A stretch of DNA of 64,000 nucleotides from Balanoglossus misakiensis. Taxonomy: Eukaryota; Animalia; Hemichordata. The notes beneath the pieces were generated by a model that saw only the letters and a list, made by a program, of their open reading frames with translations, had not been told where the DNA came from and did no database searches. Below, one piece after another: positions 61,888-64,000 of this stretch; the first letter of the stretch is position 1, and each line of letters begins with the position of its first letter. The stretch is from assembly GCA_040954595.2 (NCBI GenBank), contig CM082591.2, forward strand, positions 6,934,047 to 6,998,046, given 5' to 3'. The translations under genes were made by a program, and so were the position numbers.

Positions 61888-63737
61888 TTCCTCTTCTCTC
61901 ATAGGCATGGGTTCACTTTCTTTTTCAACTTTCTGTTTTATTCCTAGACTGTTTTCGGGTTGTTCCATAGATTGATTATAACATGTGCCTGAATTTCCCA
62001 AAAGCTTGGATTCCTCGTGGACATCTTTTTGTTCGGGTTGATCACTCTCTTCAGTGGTCTCGACGTCATCTTGTGGTGTATGCCCGGTTTCATGTTTGTC
62101 TTGGTCTTGGTCTTCTCGCTGGAGTTCTTGACTCTGTGTTGGTCTATTTGGCTTTGGTGGTAGTTTTGGGGGCGCCTTCTTTGGTCTGTCTTGTGAGGCA
62201 GGTGATTGATCTTGCATTGCAAGCTTCTCGCCTGAATTTAGGGGTTGTTGTGGAGCGCTGTGCGACTGCTTGGTTTGTTCTGGTGTGACATGTTGATTGG
62301 GGTCATCAGTGTGTTCCTGTGGTATTTCTGTCTCTGACTCGTTGGACTCTCTCCCGCTATTCAAAGTCAAGGTCGTTTTAAGTTCCGCCATCAGATTTCT
62401 TAGTGCCTGTGGTTTATCTGTTGAAGATGTGCTATGTTCCTGGACTTGTTGGTCCGATTCAGTCTGTGGTTGAGATTCTGATGCTGCAGCGGAATTGCCA
62501 GATGTGTCTTCGGCATCTGCCTCTTCCTGCATGGTCATCGACGCGCTTCCATCTTTCGTCTCTTGTTCCATGCTTTGATTGTCCCCACTTTGAATTGGGT
62601 TAAATCCCGTCGTCTCAGTTGATTTATCGTCGAACTCTGAAATTTCCCAGACGTTGTTTCCATCAAGATCCTCGCCATGCTTAGCAAGAATGCTCCCTTC
62701 CATGGCATCGGTGTTTTGGTTCGGGGTGGGCTCACTTTCGCACTAAAACGAAAATTATGTTTTTACAGATTTTAGCATGCGGAGATCATTTGTATCAATT
62801 CACAGTTGAGCCAATAGACCATTTTCAAAACTCCACAAAAACCTCCGAGATCGCGCATGGGTGGGCAGTTTATATGACAGGGCGGGCATTCTCACGTGAC
62901 ACAGGACAAACAATGCATGGCCCGCCGCGTTAAATGGCACAAAAGTAACAAGTTTTGTTCAACTCTGCGCCTTTTCTAGTTTCATACAAAGTCTGTCTTG
63001 TATAACTTGACTGGCAACCCGTTGCTGTGGATCAATTTGGATGGACTGATTTACACACATTCGAAACAGCATAAAACCTTCACTTTTACACATTCACTCT
63101 CTGAATCGCGTCTCTTCTAAAGAGAGTAGTCGCCCATTCATCCGTCATGGGAAATAGAAATTGAAGTGTCCCTTGAATAACCTTTAGTCAACACAATGAC
63201 CAGTTCCACTGTTTGTCTGCGTATGACCTTTTACCTCCGGGTTGTGTCACTAAAATACAGTCACTGTGATATATTGTGATGTTCAGTCTAAATGAGGCCG
63301 CGTGAACAGTCCGACTTGCGCGCCCACCCGACAGCAGAAATACCAATGTCGCCAAGCTGGTTTGACATTTAACGATAAGAACAGCCTAAGCTAACATGGA
63401 CAACAAAGCGAAACGTTTCGAAAAGCTATTTCAGGATATCGATTAGTGGCATTGGTGCACAACTCGAGATGGTTTACCTTATCAGGAACAATGGTGCGGC
63501 GACCAGCTTGTTCCTCCTCTCTTGTCCCATACTCATGAAATATTCCGCCATTATCTCCCTATATTTTGCTACCCACCTTTTCTGTTTCCACCCTCGCGTT
63601 TTCATCTTTTTCCATATTTGCTTCTTCAAGTTGCCCAACCGTCTGCTCTGTTTCTTCCTCCGTGTACGGATTTATAGCAACGGGAACTTTAAATCCACCG
63701 AAATTGATCCGTGGCCTAGAGAAATCCGATGTTATGT
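41730..63737 (-). CDS. PARP14: PARP14-like macro-PARP, copy 2 (exons 2-29; exon 1 beyond window end)
   Basis: Exons 63737-63478, 62742-60354, 60127-59954, 59709-59470, 59157-58921, 58499-56985, 56256-56078, 55406-55170, 53078-52857, 52410-52347, 52168-52044, 51915-51679, 51280-51059, 50834-50786, 50522(or 50531)-50431, 50065-49829, 49520-49299, 47490-47400, 47187-47026, 46510-46442, 46196-46026, 45578-45372, 45063-44867, 44278-44204, 43937-43574, 43048-42912, 42698-42521, 42013-41730. Splice sites retained, exon length changes are multiples of 3, HGT/GTYFA/YPEY motifs intact. Confidence 0.92.
43121..43468. mobile_element. MITE family B (PARP copy 2 intron)
   Basis: Paralogous to 20264..20611, TTAA flanks. 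Confidence 0.88.
45703..45886. mobile_element. MITE family C (PARP copy 2, shared site)
   Basis: Paralogous to 22849..23032. Confidence 0.88.
47619..48799. mobile_element. ~1.2-kb non-autonomous TIR element present only in PARP copy 2
   Basis: Termini GCCTTTCTCACGTGC / GCACGTGAGAAAGCCC; copy 1 has the empty site cacagggtataatttgtgacac at ~24680; no transposase ORF. Confidence 0.85.
53185..54874. mobile_element. Foldback-type non-autonomous element present only in PARP copy 2
   Basis: TIR TAGTCCTGTTTCA / TGAAACAGGACTA, long inverted subterminal arms with TAATAAGACCTAAC repeats; empty site ttttactcatcc at ~29240 in copy 1. Confidence 0.88.
53387..54204. mobile_element. MITE family D nested in the foldback element
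   Basis: Same TIRs as 38197..39010; TAA TSD at 53384-53386 and 54205-54207. Confidence 0.92.
55553..55738. mobile_element. MITE family C, present only in PARP copy 2, nested in a family A element
   Basis: TTAA|AGGTATACGGTCACC ... GGTGACTGTATACCT|TTAA; empty site ctcaccattaagcc at ~30227. Confidence 0.92.
56479..56960. repeat. Compound microsatellite (GATT)n/(GGTT)n/(GAGT)n, copy 2
   Basis: Direct observation. Confidence 0.97.
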
Positions 63738-63978
63738 CTAAAAAGTAAAACGTATTACCACAATTTAGTAAAAAAACAAAACAAGTGTAAGATAGTACTT
63801 CCGCAAAAATTATGTTATTTCATTTTTTTCCAGTGTGTATAATGTGTGCCTAATGCACATTTCTCTAGTAAAAATCAAGTCCCGCGACCACAGTCCCCGA
63901 TGACAGTGTATTTTGCACATCGTTCCCAATCTCAAGCTGTCTTAAAAGTTGCCTGGATGTAAAATTCCTGGCTTTTAA

Positions 63979-64000
63979 GGCTGCATTCACAAACACCTCT
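63979..64000. mobile_element. Left end of MITE family D (cut by window edge)
   Basis: TAA|GGCTGCATTCACAAACACCTCT at the site paralogous to 38197. Confidence 0.8.

Larger units (their letters stand above)
41577..64000. repeat. Tandem segmental duplication of ~18771..38218+ (exons and introns)
   Basis: Colinear near-identity from aatactggtttaaaat (18787 / 41593) to the window end (63979 corresponds to 38197). Confidence 0.95.

Noticed and set aside
41730-63737. PARP copy 2 as a pseudogene
   Set aside because: No stops or frameshifts found in the exons read; splice sites and catalytic motifs are intact.

Overview
Eukaryotic (invertebrate animal, probably a marine deuterostome; organism is inference) genomic DNA with GT-AG introns and many non-autonomous transposons. 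Four protein-coding genes are supported. (1) A minus-strand gene (ATG 10027, 3' end unresolved below 1223) encoding three tandem copies of a GT4 N-terminal-lobe segment, one complete but motif-degenerate GT4 'conflict-type' glycosyltransferase domain, a probable TRADD-N-like domain, an 18-residue-periodic coiled coil and a charged tail. (2) A two-coding-exon CPTP/GLTPD1 gene on the plus strand (14132..15699). (3, 4) Two tandem, closely related PARP14-like macro-PARP genes on the minus strand (18924..39858 complete, 29 exons, ~2869 aa; 41730..>63737, exon 1 outside the window). These PARPs have four RRMs, a ~700-800 aa disordered insert, KH repeats, four macrodomains (three macro2-type from an exon-cassette triplication plus one macro3-type, no recognisable hydrolase-type macro1), WWE and an H-Y-M ART domain. 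Between-copy protein divergence is concentrated in the ART domain. Comparing the two copies exposes empty and filled sites for several transposons. All domain calls are by visual motif recognition; no searches were run.
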